A DNA stretch of 64,000 bases. Origin: Eledone cirrhosa. Taxonomy: Eukaryota. The notes under the pieces were generated by a model, which did not search any database, was not told the DNA's origin, and was given only the letters and a program-made list of their open reading frames with translations. Of the stretch, positions 1 through 13,579 are shown in pieces (within the stretch, counting starts at the first letter, position 1; each line of letters opens with the position of its first letter). The DNA lies in contig OZ024743.1 in NCBI GenBank assembly GCA_964016885.1, positions 140,120,001-140,184,000 on the forward strand, written 5' to 3'. Both the position numbers and the translations under genes were made by a program.

Positions 1-2400
1 CTCCCCCTGATTTTTTTTTACAAATTATCTCCCCCTGATTTTTTTACAAATTATCTCCCCTTGGCTGGCTGGAAATTATCTCCCCTTGGAGGCTGGAATT
101 TATCTCCCCTTGGACGGCTGGAAATTATCTCCCCTTGGACGGCTAGAAATTACCTCTCCTTGGACGGCTGGAAATTATCTCCCCTTGAACGGCTGGAAAT
201 TATCTCCCCTTGGACGGCTGGAAATTATCTCCCCTTGGACGGCTGGAAATTATCTCCCCTTGGACGGCTAGAAATTCCCTCTCCTTGGACGGCTGGAAAT
301 TATCTCCCCTTAGACGGCTGGAAATTATCTCCCCTTGGACGGCTGGAAATTATTTCCCCTTGATTTTTTTTACAAATTATCTCCCCCTGATTTTTTTTAC
401 AAATCTCCCCCTAATTTAAAAAAAAATTATCTCCCCTTCGCTGGCTGGAAATTATCTCCCTTTGGACGGCTGGAAATTATAGCTGCTTGTAGGGCTGGAA
501 ATTATCTCCCCTTGGACGGCTGGAAATTATCTCCCCTTGATTTTTTTTACTAATTATCTCCCCCTGATTTTTTTTTACAAATTATCTCCGCCTGATTTTT
601 TTTAAAAAATTATCTCCCCTTGGCTGGATGGAAATTTTCTCCCCTTGGACGGCTGGAAATTATCTCCCCTTTATGTCTTCTACAAATTATCTACCCCTGA
701 TTTTTTTTTACAAATTATCTCTCCCTGATTTTTTTTACAAATATCTCCCCTTGGCTGGCTGGAAATTATCTCCCCTTGGCTGGCTGGAAATTATCTCCCT
801 TTGGACGGCTGGAAATTATCTCCCCTTGGACGCCTAGAAATTACCTCTCCTTGGACAGCTGTAAATTATCTCCCCTTGGACGGCTGGAAATTATCTCGCC
901 TTGGACGGCTGGAAATTATCTTCCCTTGATTTTGTATACAAATTATCTCCCCCTGATTTTTTTTACAAATTATCTGCACCTGATTATTTTTTTAAAAATT
1001 AGCTCCGCCTGATTTTTTTTTAAAATTATCTCCGCTTGGACGGCTGGAAATTATCTCCCCTTGGACGGCTGGAAATTATCTCCCCTTGAACGGCTAGAAA
1101 TTACCTCTCCTTGGACGGCTGAAAATTATCTCCCCTTGGACGGCTGGAAATTATCTCCCCTTGATTTCTTTACAAATTATCTCCCCCTGATTTTTTTTTT
1201 ACAAATTATCTCCGCCTGATTTTTTTTTAAAATTATCTCCCCTTGGACGGCTGGAAATTATCTCCCCTTGGACGGCTGGAAATTATCTCCCCTTGATTTT
1301 TTTTTCCAAATTATCTCCCACTGATTTTTTTTTACAAATTATCTACCCCTGATTTTTTTTTACAAATTATCTCCCCCTGATTTTTTTTTACAAATTATCT
1401 CCCCCTGATTTTTTTTTACAAATTATCTCCCCCCGATTTTTTTACAAATTATCTCCCCCTGATTTTTTTTACAAATTATCTCCGCCTGATTTTTTTAAAT
1501 ATTATCTTCCCTTGGCTGGCGGGAAATTATCTCCCCTTGGACGGCTGGAAATTATCTCCCCTTGGAAGGATGGAAATTATCTCCCCTTGGACGGCTGGAA
1601 ATTATCTCCCCTTGCACTGCTGGAAATTATCTCCCATTGGACGGCTGGAAATTATCTGCCCTTGATTTTGTTTTTACAAATTATCTTCCCCTGATTTTTT
1701 TTACAAATTATCTCCACCTGATTTTTTTAAAAATTATCTCCCCTTGGACGGCTGGAAATTATCTCCCCTTGGCTGGAAATTATCTCCCCTTGGACGGCTA
1801 GAAATTATCTCTCTTTGGACGGCTGGAAATTATCTCCCCTTGATTTTTTTTACAAATTATCTCCCCCTGATTTTTTTTACAAATCTCCCAGTGATTTTTT
1901 AAAAAAAATTATCTCCCCTTTGCTGGCTGGAAATTATCTCCCCTTGGACGCTGGAAATTATAGCCCCTTGGAGAGCTGGAAGTTATCTTCCCTTGGAGGG
2001 CTGGAAATTATCTCCCCTTGGACGCTGGAAATTATAGCCCCTTGGAGAGCTGGAAATTATCTTCCCTTGGACGGCTGGAAATTATCTCCCCTTGATTTTT
2101 TTTACAAATTATCTCCCCCTGATTTTTTTTTACAAATTGTCTCCCCCTGATTTTTTTTTTACCAATTATCTCCACCTGATTTTTTTTAAAATTATCTCCC
2201 CTTGGACGGCTGGAAATTATCTCCCCTTGGACGGCTGGAAATTATCTCCCCTTGGACGGCTAGAAATTACCTCTCCTTGGACGGCTGAAAATTATCTCCC
2301 CTTGGACGGCTGGAAATTATCTCCCCTTGATTTTTTTTACAAATTATCTCCCCCTGATTTTTTTTACAAATTATCTCCCCCTGATTTTTTTTTACAAATT

Positions 2401-5050
2401 ATCTCCCCCTGATTTTTTTTTACAAATTATCTCCTGATTTTTTTTACAAATTATCTCCCCTTGGCTGGCTGGAAATTATCTCCCCTTGGAGGCTGGAAAT
2501 TATCTCCCCTTGGACGGCTAGAAATTACCTCTCCTTGGATGGCTGGAAATTATCTGCCCTTGGACGGCTGGAAATTATCTCTCCTTGGACGGCTGGAAAT
2601 TATCTGCCCTTGGACGGCTGGAAATTATCTCCCCTTGGACGGCTGGAAATTATTTCCCCTTGATTTTTTTTACAAATTATCTAACCCTGATTTTTTTTTA
2701 CAAATCTCCCCCTAATTTAAAAAAAAATTATCTCCCCTTCGTTGGCTGGAAATTATCTTCCTTTGGACGGTTGGAAATTATAGCCGCTTGTAGGGCTGGA
2801 AATTATCTCCCCTTGGACGGCTGGGAATTATCTCCCCTTGATTTTTTTACTAATTATCTCACCCTGATTTTTTTTTACAAATTATCTCCGCCTCATTTTT
2901 AAAAAAAATTATCTCCCCTTGGCTGGATGGAAATTATCTCCCCTTGGACGGCTGGAAATTATCTCCCCTTGATTTCTTCTACAAATTATCTACCCCTGAT
3001 TTTTTTTTTACAAATTATCTCTCCCTGATTTTTTTTACAAATATCTCCCCTTGGCTGGCTGGAAATTATCTCCCGTTGGCTGGCTGGAAACTATCTCCCC
3101 TTGGACGGCTGGAAATTATCTCCCATTGATTTTTTTTACAAATTATCTCCCCTTGGCTGGCTGGAAATTATCTCCCCTTGGCTGGCTGGAAATTATCTCC
3201 TCCTGATATTTTTTTACAAATTAGCTCCCCCTGATTTTTTTTTACAAATTATCTACCCCTGATTTTTTTTTTTACAAATTATCTCCCCTTGGAAGGATGG
3301 AAATTATCTCCCCTTGGACGGCTGGAAATTATCTCCCCTTGCACGGCTGGAAATTATCTCCCCTTGGACGGCTAGAAATTACCTCTCCTTGGACGGCTGA
3401 AAATTATCTCCCCTTGGACGGCTGGAAATTATCTCCTCCTGATTTTTTTACAAATTATCTCCCCTTGCACGGCTGGAAATTATCTCCCCTTGGACGGCTG
3501 GAAATTATCTGCCCTTGATTTTGTTTTTACAAATTATCTCCCCCTGATTTTTTTTACAAATTATCTCCACCTGATATTTAAAAAAATTATCTCCCCTTGG
3601 ACGGCTGGAAATTATCTCCCCTTGGCTGGAAATTATCTCCCCTTGGACGGCTAGAAATTATCTCTCTTTGGACGGCTGGAAATTATCTCCCCTTGATTTT
3701 TTTTACAAATTATCTCCCCGATTTTTTTTACAAATCTCCCAGTGATTTTTTAAAAAAAATTATCTCCCCTTCGCTGGCTGGAAATTATCTCCCCTTGGAC
3801 GCTGGAAATTATAGCCCCTTGGAGGGCTGGAAATTATCTTCCCTTGGACGGCTGGAAATTATCTCCCCTTGATTTATTTTACAAATTATCTCCCCCTGAT
3901 TTTTTTTTACAAATTATCTCCCCTTGTTTTTTTTTACAAATTATTTCCCCCTGATTTTTTTACAAATTATCTCCCCCTGATTTTTTTTACAAATTATCTC
4001 CGCCTGATTTTTTTAAATATTATCTTCCCTTGGCTGGCGGGAAATTATCTCCCTTTGGACGGCTGGAAATTATCTCCCCTTGGAAGGATGGAAATTATCT
4101 CCCCTTGGACGGCTGGAAATTATCTCCCCTTGCACTGCTGGAAATTATCTCCCATTGGACGGCTGGAAATTATCTGCCCTTGATTTTGTTTTTACAAATT
4201 ATCTCCCCCTGATTTTTTTTTACAAATTATCTCCTGATTTTTTTTACAAATTATCTCCCCTTGGCTGGCTGGAAATTATCTCCCCTTGGAGGCTGGAAAT
4301 TATCTCCCCTTGGACGGCTAGAAATTACCTCTCCTTGGATGGCTGGAAATTATCTGCCCTTGGACGGCTGGAAATTATCTCTCCTTGGACGGCTGGAAAT
4401 TATCTGCCCTTGGACGGCTGGAAATTATCTCCCCTTGGACGGCTGGAAATTATTTCGCCTTGATTTTTTTTACAAATTATCTAACCCTGATTTTTTTTTA
4501 CAAATCTCCCCCTAATTTAAAAAAAAATTATCTCCCCTTCGTTGGCTGGAAATTATCTTCCTTTGGACGGTTGGAAATTATAGCCGCTTGTAGGGCTGGA
4601 AATTATCTCCCCTTGGACGGCTTGGAATTATCTCCCCTTGATTTTTTTACTAATTATCTCAACCTGATTTTTTTTTACAAATTATCTCCGCCTCATTTTT
4701 AAAAAAAATTATCTCCCCTTGGCTGGATGGAAATTATCTCCCCTTGGACGGCTGGAAATTATCTCCCCTTGATTTCTTCTACAAATTATCTACCCCTGAT
4801 TTTTTTTTTACAAATTATCTCTCCCTAATTTTTTTTTACAAATATCTCCCCTTGGCTGGCTGGAAATTATCTCCCGTTGGCTGGCTGGAAACTATCTCCC
4901 CTTGGACGGCTGGAAATTATCTCCCATTGATTTTTTTTACAAATTATCTCCCCTTGGCTGGCTGGAAATTATCTCCCCTTGGCTGGCTGGAAATTATCTC
5001 CTCCTGATATTTTTTTACAAATTAGCACCCCCTGATTTTTTTTTACAAAT
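2401..5050. repeat. Array 1 block duplication, ~2,401-3,250 repeated at ~4,201-5,050 (offset 1,800 bp)
   Basis: ORF pairs 2461/4261, 2585/4385 and 2944/4744 differ by 1,800. Shared variants include CTAACCCTGA, CCTTCGTTGG, CCTCATTTT and GGAAACTATC. Confidence 0.9.
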
Positions 5051-8000
5051 TATCTCCCCCTGATTTTTTTTTTACAAATTATCTCCGCCTGATTTTTTTA
5101 AAATTATCTCCCCTTGGCTGGATGGAAATTATCTCCCCTTGGACGGCTGGAAATTATCTCCCCTTGGAAGGATGGAAATTATCTCCCCTTGGACGGCTGG
5201 AAATTATCTCCCCTTGCACGGCTGGAAATTATCTCCCCTTGGACGGCTAGAAATTATCTCTCTTTGGACGGCTGGAAATTATCTCCCCTTGATTCTTTTT
5301 ACAAATTATCTCCCCCTGATTTTTTTTACAAATCTCCCAGTGATTTTTAAAAAAAAATTATCTCCCCTTCGCTGGCTGGAAATTATCTCCCCTTGGACGC
5401 TGGAAATTATAGCCCCTTGGAGGCTGGAAATTATCTTCCCTTGGACGGCTGGAAATTATCTCCCCTTGATTTTTTTACAAATTATCTCCCACTGATTTTT
5501 TTTTACAAATTATCTCCCCCTGATTTTTTTTTTACAAATTATCTCCGCCTGATTTTTTTAAAAAAATTATCTCCCCTTGGACGGCTGGAAATTATCTCCC
5601 CTTGGACGGCTGGAAATTATCTCCCCTTGGACGGCTAGAAATTACCTCTCCTTGGACGGCTGAAAATTATCTCCCCTTGATTTTTTTTACAAATTATCTC
5701 CGCCTGATTTTTTTTACAAATTATCTCCCCCTGATTTTTTTTTTACAAATTATCTCCCCCTGATTTATTTTACAAATTATCTCCGCCTGATTTTTTTAAA
5801 TATTATCTTACCTTGGCTGGCGGGAAATAATCTCCCCTTGGACGGCTGGAAATTATCTCCCCTTGGAAGGATGGAAATTATCTCCCCTTGGACGGCTGGA
5901 AATTATCTCCCCTTGCACGGCTGGAAATTATCTCCCCTTGGACGGCTGGAAATTATCTCCCCTTGATTTTTTTTACAAATTATCTCCCCCTGATTTTTTT
6001 TACAAATCTCACAGTGATTTTTTTAAAAAAATTATCTCCCTTTCGCTGGCTGGAAATTATCTCCCCTTGGACGCTGGAAATTATAGCCCCTTGGAGGGCT
6101 GGAAATTATCTTCCCTTGGACGGCTGGAAATTATCTCCCCTTGATTTTTTTTACATATTATCTCCTGATTTTTTTTTACAAATTATCTCCCCGATTTTTT
6201 TTTACAAATTATCTCCCCCTGATTTTTTTTTTACAAAATATCTCCGCCTGATTTTTTTAAAAAAATTATCTCCCCTTGGGCGGCTGGAAATTATCTACCC
6301 TTGGACGGCTGGAAATTATCTCCCCTTGGACGGCTAGAAATTACCTCTCCTTGGACGGTTGAAAATTATCTCCCCTTGGACGGCTGGAAATTATCTCCCC
6401 TTGATTTTTTTTACAAATTATCTCCCCCTGATTTTTTTTTACAAATTATCTCCCCCTGATTTTTTTTTTACAAATTATCTCCCCCTGATTTTTTTTTACA
6501 AATTATCTCCCCCTGATTTTTTTACAAATTATCTCCCCTTGGCTGGCTGGAAATTATCTCCCCTTGGAGGCTGGAATTTATCTCCCCTTGGACGGCTGGA
6601 AATTATCTCCCCTTGGACGGCTAGAAATTACCTCTCCTTGGACGGCTGGAAATCATCTCCCCTTGAACGGCTGGAAATTATCTCCCCTTGGACGGCTGGA
6701 AATTATCTCCCCTTGGACGGCTGGAAATTATTTCCCCTTGATTTTTTTTACAAATTATCTCCCCCTGATTTTTTTTGCAAATCTCCCCCTAATTTAAAAA
6801 AAAATTATCTCCCCTTCGCTGGCTGGAAATTATCTCCCTTTGGACGGCTGGAAATTATAGCTGCTTGTAGGGCTGGAAATTATCTCCCCTTGGACGGCTG
6901 GAAATTATCTCCCCCTGATTTTTTTTTACAAATTATCTCCGCCTGATTTTTTTAAAAAAATTATCTCCCCTTGGCTGGATGTAAATTTTCTCCCCTTGGA
7001 CGGCTGGAAATTATCTCACCTTTATGTCTTCTACAAATTATCTACCCCTGATTTTTTTTTTACAAATTATCTCTCCCTGATTTTTTTTACAAATATCTCC
7101 CCTTGGCTGGCTGGAAATTATCTCCCCTTGGCTGGCTGGAAATTATCTCCCCTTGGACGGCTGGAAATTATCTCGCCTTGGACGGTTGGAAATTATCTCC
7201 CCTTGATTTTGTATACAAATTATCTCCCCCTGATTTTTTTTTACAAATTATCTGCCCCTGATTATTTTTTTACAAATTAGCTCCGCCTGATTTTTTTTTA
7301 AAATTATCTCCCCTTGGACGGCTGGAAATTATCTCCCCTTGGACGGCTGGAAATTATCTCCCCTTGAACGGCTAGAAATTACCTCTCCTTGGACGGCTGA
7401 AAATTATCTCCCCTTGGACGGCTGGAAATTATCTCCCCTTGATTTTTTTACAAATTATCTCCCCCTGATTTTTTTTTACAAATTATCTCCCCCTGATTTT
7501 TTTTTCCAAATTATCTAGCCCTGATTTTTTTTTCCAAATTATCTCCCCCTGATTTTTTTTTACAAATTATCTCGCCCTGTTTTTTTTTACAAATTATTTC
7601 CCCCTGATTTTTTTACAAATTATCTCCCCCTGATTTTTTTTACAAATTATCTCCGCCTGATTTTTTTAAATATTATCTTCCCTTGGCTGGCGGGAAATTA
7701 TCTCCCCTTGGACGCCTGGAAATTATCTCCCCCTGGAAGGATGGAAATTATCTCCCCTTGGACGGCTGGAAATTATCTCCCCTTGCACGGCTGGAAATTA
7801 TCTCCCCTTGGACGGCTAGAAATTACCTCTCCTTGGACGGCTGAAAATTATCTGCCCTTGATTTTGTTTTTACAAATTATCTCCCCCTGATTTTTTTAAC
7901 AAATTATCTCCAACTGATATTTAAAAAAATTATCTCCCCTTGGACGGCTGGAAATTATCTCCACCTGATTTTTTTTACAAATTATCTCCCCTTGCACGGC

Positions 8001-11000
8001 TGGAAATTATCTCCCCTTGGACGGCTGGAAATTATCTGCCCTTGATTTTGTTTTTACAAATTATCTCCCCCTGATTTTTTTAACAAATTATCTCCAACTG
8101 ATATTTAAAAAAATTATCTCCCCTTGGACGGCTGGAAATTATCTCCCCTTGGCTGGAAATTATCTCCCCTTGGACGGCTAGAAATTATCTCTCTTTGGAC
8201 GGCTGGAAATTATCTCCCCTTGATTTTTTGTACAAATTATCTTCCCCTGATTTTTTTTACAAATCTCCCAGTGATTTTTAAAAAAAAATTATCTCCCCTT
8301 CGCTGGCTGGAAATTACCTCCCCTTGGACGCTGGAAATTATAGCCCCTTGGAGGGCTGGAAATTATCTTCCCTTGGACGGCTGGAAATTATCTCCCCTTG
8401 ATTTTTTTTACATATTATCACCCCTGATTTTTTTTTACAAATTATTTCCCCCTGATTTTTTTTTACAAATTATCTCCCCCTGATTTTTTTACAAATTATC
8501 TCCCCTTGGCTGGGTGGAAATTATCTCCCCTTGGAGGCTGGAATTTATCTCCCCTTGGACGGCTGGAAATTATCTCCCCTTGGACGGCTAGAAATTATCT
8601 CCCCTTGAACGGCTGGAAATTATCTCCCCTTGGACGACTGGAAATTATCTCCCCTTGGAAGGATGGAAATTATCTCCCCTTGGACGGCTGGAAATTATCT
8701 CCCCTTGCACGGCTGGAAATTATCTTCCCTTGGACGGCTAGAAATTACCTCTCCTTGGACGGCTGAAAATTATCTCCCCTTGGACGGCTGGAAATTATCT
8801 CCCCCTGATTTTTTTACAAATTATCTCCCCTTGCACGGCTGGAAATTATCTGCCCTTGATTTTGTTTTTACAAATTATCTCCCCCTGATTTTTTTTACAA
8901 ATTATCTCCGCCTGATTTTTTTAAATATTATCTTCCCTTGGCTGGCGGGAAATTATCTCCCCTTGGACGCCTGGAAATTATCTCCCCTTGGAAGGATGGA
9001 AATTATCTCCCCTTGGACGGCTGGAAATTATCTCCCCTTGCACTGCTGGAAATTATCTCCCCTTGCACTGCTGGAAATTATCTGCCCTTGATTTTGTTTT
9101 TACAAATTATGTTCCCCTGATTTTTTTTACAAATTATCTCCACCTGATTTTTTAAAAAATTATCTCCCCTTGGACGGCTGGAAATTATCTCCCCTTGGAC
9201 GGCTAGAAATTATCTCTCTTTGGACGGCTGGAAATTATCTCCCCTTGATTTTTTTTACAAATTATCTCCGCCTGATTTTTTTTTGTAAATTATCTCCCCC
9301 TGATTTTTTTTTCACAAATTATCTCCCCCTGATTTTTTTTACAAATTATCTCCCCCTGATTTTTTTTTACAAATTATCTCCGCCTGATTTTTTTAAATAT
9401 TATCTTCCCTTGGCTGGCGGGAAATTATCTGCCCTTGGACGGCTGGAAATTATCTCCCTTTGGAAGGATGGAAATTATCTCCCCTTGGACGGCTGGAAAT
9501 TATCTCCCCTTGCACGGCTGGAAATTATCTCCCCTTGGACGGCTGGAAATTATCTGCCCTTGATTTTGTTTTTACAAATTATCTTCCCCTGATTTTTTTT
9601 ACAAATTATCTCCACCTGATTTTTTTAAAAATTATCTCCCCTTGGACGGCTGGAAATTATCTCCCCTTGGCTGGAAATTATCTCCCCTTGGACGGCTAGA
9701 AATTATCTCTCTTTGGACGGCTGGAAATTATTTCCCCTTGATTCTTTTTACAAATTATCTCCCCCTGATTTTTTTTTACAAATTATCTCCACCTGATTTT
9801 TTTTTACAACTTATCTCCGCCTGATTATTTTTTAAAAATTATCTCCCCTTGGACGGCTGGAAATTATCTCCCCTTGGACGGCTGGAAATTATCTCCCATT
9901 GATTTTTTTTACAAATTATCTCCCCTTGGCTGGCTGGAAATTATCTCCCCTTGGCTGGCTGGAAATTATCTCCCCCTGATATTTTTTTACAAATTAGCTC
10001 CCCCTGATTTTTTTTTACAAATTATCTCCCCCTGATTTTTTTCACAAATTATCTCCCCCTGATTTTTTTTACAAATTATCTCCCCTGATTTAAAAAAAAA
10101 AATTATCTCCCCTTGGACGGCTGGAAATTATCTCCCCTTGGACGGCTGGAAATTATCGCCCCATGATTTTTTTTAACAAATTATCTCCACCTGATTTTTT
10201 TTACAAATCATCTCCGCCTGATTTTTTAAAAAAATTATCTCCTTTGGCTTGCTGGAAATTATCTCCCCTTGGACGGCTATAAATTATCTCTCCTTCGACG
10301 GCTGGAAATTATCTCCCCTTGATTTTTTTACAAATTATATCCCCGTGATTTTTTTTTACCAATCTACCCCTGATTTAAAAAAAAAAATTATCTCCTCTTC
10401 GCTGGCTGGAAATTATCTCCCCTTGGACGGCTGGAAATTATCTCCCCTTGATTTTTTTTACAAATTATCTCCCCCTGATATTTTTTTACAAATTATCTCC
10501 CCCTGATTTTTTTTTTTACAAATTATCTCCGCCTGATTTTTTAAAAATTATCTCCCCTTGGCTGGATGGAAATTATCTCCCCCTGATTTTTTTTACAAAT
10601 TATCTCCCCTTGCACGGCTGGAAATTATCTCCCCTTTGACGGCTGGAAATTATCTGCCCTTGATTTTGTTTTTACAAATTATCTCCCCCTGATTTTTTTT
10701 ACAAATTATCTCCTGATTTTTGAAAAAATTATCTCCCCTTGGACGGCTGGAAATTATCTCCCGTTGGCTGCAAATTATCTCCCCTTGGACGGCTAGAAAT
10801 TATCTCTCTTTGGACGGCTGGAAATTATCTCCCCTTGATTTTTTTTACAAATTATCTCCCCCTGATTTTTTTTACAAATCTCCCAGTGATTTTTAAAATA
10901 AAATCATCTCCCCTTCGCTGGCTGGAAATTATCTCCCCTTGGACGCTGGAAATTATAGCCCCTTGGAGGGCTGGAAATTATCTTCCCTTGGACGGCTGGA

Positions 11001-11251
11001 AATTATCTCCCCTTGATTTTTTTTACATATTATCTCCCCCTGATTTTTTTTTACAAATTATCTCCCCGATTTTTTTCTACAAATTATCTCCCCCTGATTT
11101 TTTTTTTACAAATTATCTCCGCCTGATTTTTTAAAAAAAATTATCTCCCCTTGGACGGCTGGAAATTATCTCCCCTTGATTTTTTTACAAATTATCTCCC
11201 TCTGATTTTTTTTTACAAATTATCTCCCCCTGATTTTTTTTTACAAATTAT

Positions 11252-12720
11252 CTCCCCCTGATTTTTTTTTACAAATTATCTCCCCCTGATTTTTTTACAA
11301 ATTATCTCCCCTTGGCTGGCTGGAAATTATCTCCCCTTGGAGGCTGGAATTTATCTCCCCTTGGACGGCTGGAAATTATCTCCCCTTGGATGGCTAGAAA
11401 TTACCTCTCCTTGGACGGCTGGAAATTATCTCCCCTTGAACGGCTGGAAATTATCTCCCCTTGGACGGCTGGAAATTATCTCCCCTTGGACGGCTGGAAA
11501 TTATCTCCCCTTGGACGGCTAGAAATTCCCTCTCCTTGGACGGCTGGAAATTATCTCCACTTGGACGGCTGGAAATTATCTCCCCTTGGACGGCTGGAAA
11601 TTATTTCCCCTTGATTTTTTTTACAAATTATCTCCCCCTGATTTTTTTTACAAATCTCCCCCTAATTTAAAAAAAAATTATCTCCCCTTCGCTGGCTGGA
11701 AATTATCTCCCTTTGGACGGCTGGAAATTATAGCTGCTTGTAGGGCTGGAAATTATCTCCCCTTGGACGGCTGGAAATTATCTCCCCTTGATTTTTTTTA
11801 CTAATTATCTCCCCCTGATTTTTTTTTACAAATTATCTCCGCCTGATTTTTTTTTAAAAATTATCTCCCCTTGGCTGGATGGAAATTTTCTCCCCTTGGA
11901 CGGCTGGAAATTATCTCCCCTTTATGTCTTCTACAAATTATCTACCCCTGATTTTTTTTTTACAAATTATCTCTCCCTGATTTTTTTTACAAATATCTCC
12001 CCTTGGCTGGCTGGAAATTATCTCCCCTTGGCTGGCTGAAAATTATCTCCCCTTGGACGGCTGGAAATTATCTCCCCTTGGACGCCTAGAAATTACCTCT
12101 CCTTGGACAGCTGTAAATTATCTCCCCTTGGACGGCTGGAAATTATCTCGCCTTGGACGGCTGGAAATTATCTCCCCTTGATTTTGTATACAAATTATCT
12201 CCCCCTGATTTTTTTTACAAATTATCTGCACCTGATTATTTTTTTAAAAATTAGCTCCGCCTGATTTTTTTTTAAAATTATCTCCGCTTGGACGGCTGGA
12301 AATTATCTCCCCTTGGACGGCTGGAAATTATCTCCCCTTGAACGGCTAGAAATTACCTCTCCTTGGACGGCTGAAAATTATCTCCCCTTGGACGGCTGGA
12401 AATTATCTCCCCTTGATTTTTTTACAAATTATCTCCCCCTGATTTTTTTTTTACAAATTATCTCCGCCTGATTTTTTTTTAAAATTATCTCCCCTTGGAC
12501 GGCTGGAAATTATCTCCCCTTGGACGGCTGGAAATTATCTCCCCTTGGACGGCTGGAAATTATCTCCCCTTGATTTTTTTTTCCAAATTATCTCCCCCTG
12601 ATTTTTTTTTACAAATTATCTACCCCTGATTTTTTTTTTACAAATTATCTCCCCCTGATTTTTTTTTACAAATTATCTCCCCCTGATTTTTTTTTACAAA
12701 TTATCTCCCCCTGATTTTTT
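11252..12720. repeat. Array 1 higher-order duplicate of ~1-1,440 (offset 11,251 bp)
   Basis: ORF pairs 61/11312, 86/11337, 210/11461 and 335/11586 all differ by 11,251. Rare variants (GGAATTTATC, AAATTCCCTCT, ATAGCTGCTTGTAGGG, TTTATGTCTTC, GACAGCTGTAAA) occur in the same order in both copies. Confidence 0.9.
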
Positions 12721-13550
12721 TACAAATTATCTCCCCTTGGCTGGGTGGAAATTATCTCCCCTTGGAGGCTGGAATTTATCTCCCCTTGGACGGCTGGAAA
12801 TTATCTCCCCTTGGACGGCTAGAAATTATCTCCCCTTGAACGGCTGGAAATTATCTCCCCTTGGACGACTGGAAATTATCTCCCCTTGGAAGGATGGAAA
12901 TTATCTCCCCTTGGACGGCTGGAAATTATCTCCCCTTGCACGGCTGGAAATTATCTTCCCTTGGACGGCTAGAAATTACCTCTCCTTGGACGGCTGAAAA
13001 TTATCTCCCCTTGGACGGCTGGAAATTATCTCCCCCTGATTTTTTTTACAAATTATCTCCCCTTGCACGGCTGGAAATTATCTCCCCTTGGACGGCTGCA
13101 AATTATCTGCCCTTGATTTTGTTTTTACAAATTATCTCCCCCTGATTTTTTTTACAAATTATCTCCGCCTGATTTTTTTAAATATTATCTTCCCTTGGCT
13201 GGCGGGAAATTATCTCCCCTTGGACGCCTGGAAATTATCTCACCTTGGAAGGATGGAAATTATCTCCCCTTGGACGGCTGGAAATTATCTCCCCTTGCAC
13301 TGCTGGAAATTATCTCCCCTTGCACTGCTGGAAATTATCTGCCCTTGATTTTGTTTTTACAAATTATGTTCCCCTGATTTTTTTTACAAATTATCTCCAC
13401 CTGATTTTTTAAAAAATTATCTCCCCTTGGACGGCTGGAAATTATCTCCCCTTGGCTGGAAATTATCTCCCCTTGGACGGCTAGAAATTATCTCTCTTTG
13501 GACGGCTGGAAATTATCTCCCCTTGATTTTTTTTACAAATTATCTCCGCC
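12720..13550. repeat. Array 1 duplicate of ~8,490-9,270 (offset ~4,231-4,280 bp)
   Basis: ORFs 8506/12737 are identical (offset 4,231), 8630/12861 share the same start and offset, and 8938/13195 are identical. Shared variants include GGCTGGGTGG, GGACGACTGG and TATGTTCCCC. Confidence 0.88.
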
Positions 13551-13579
13551 TGATTTTTTTTTTACAAATTATCTCCCCC

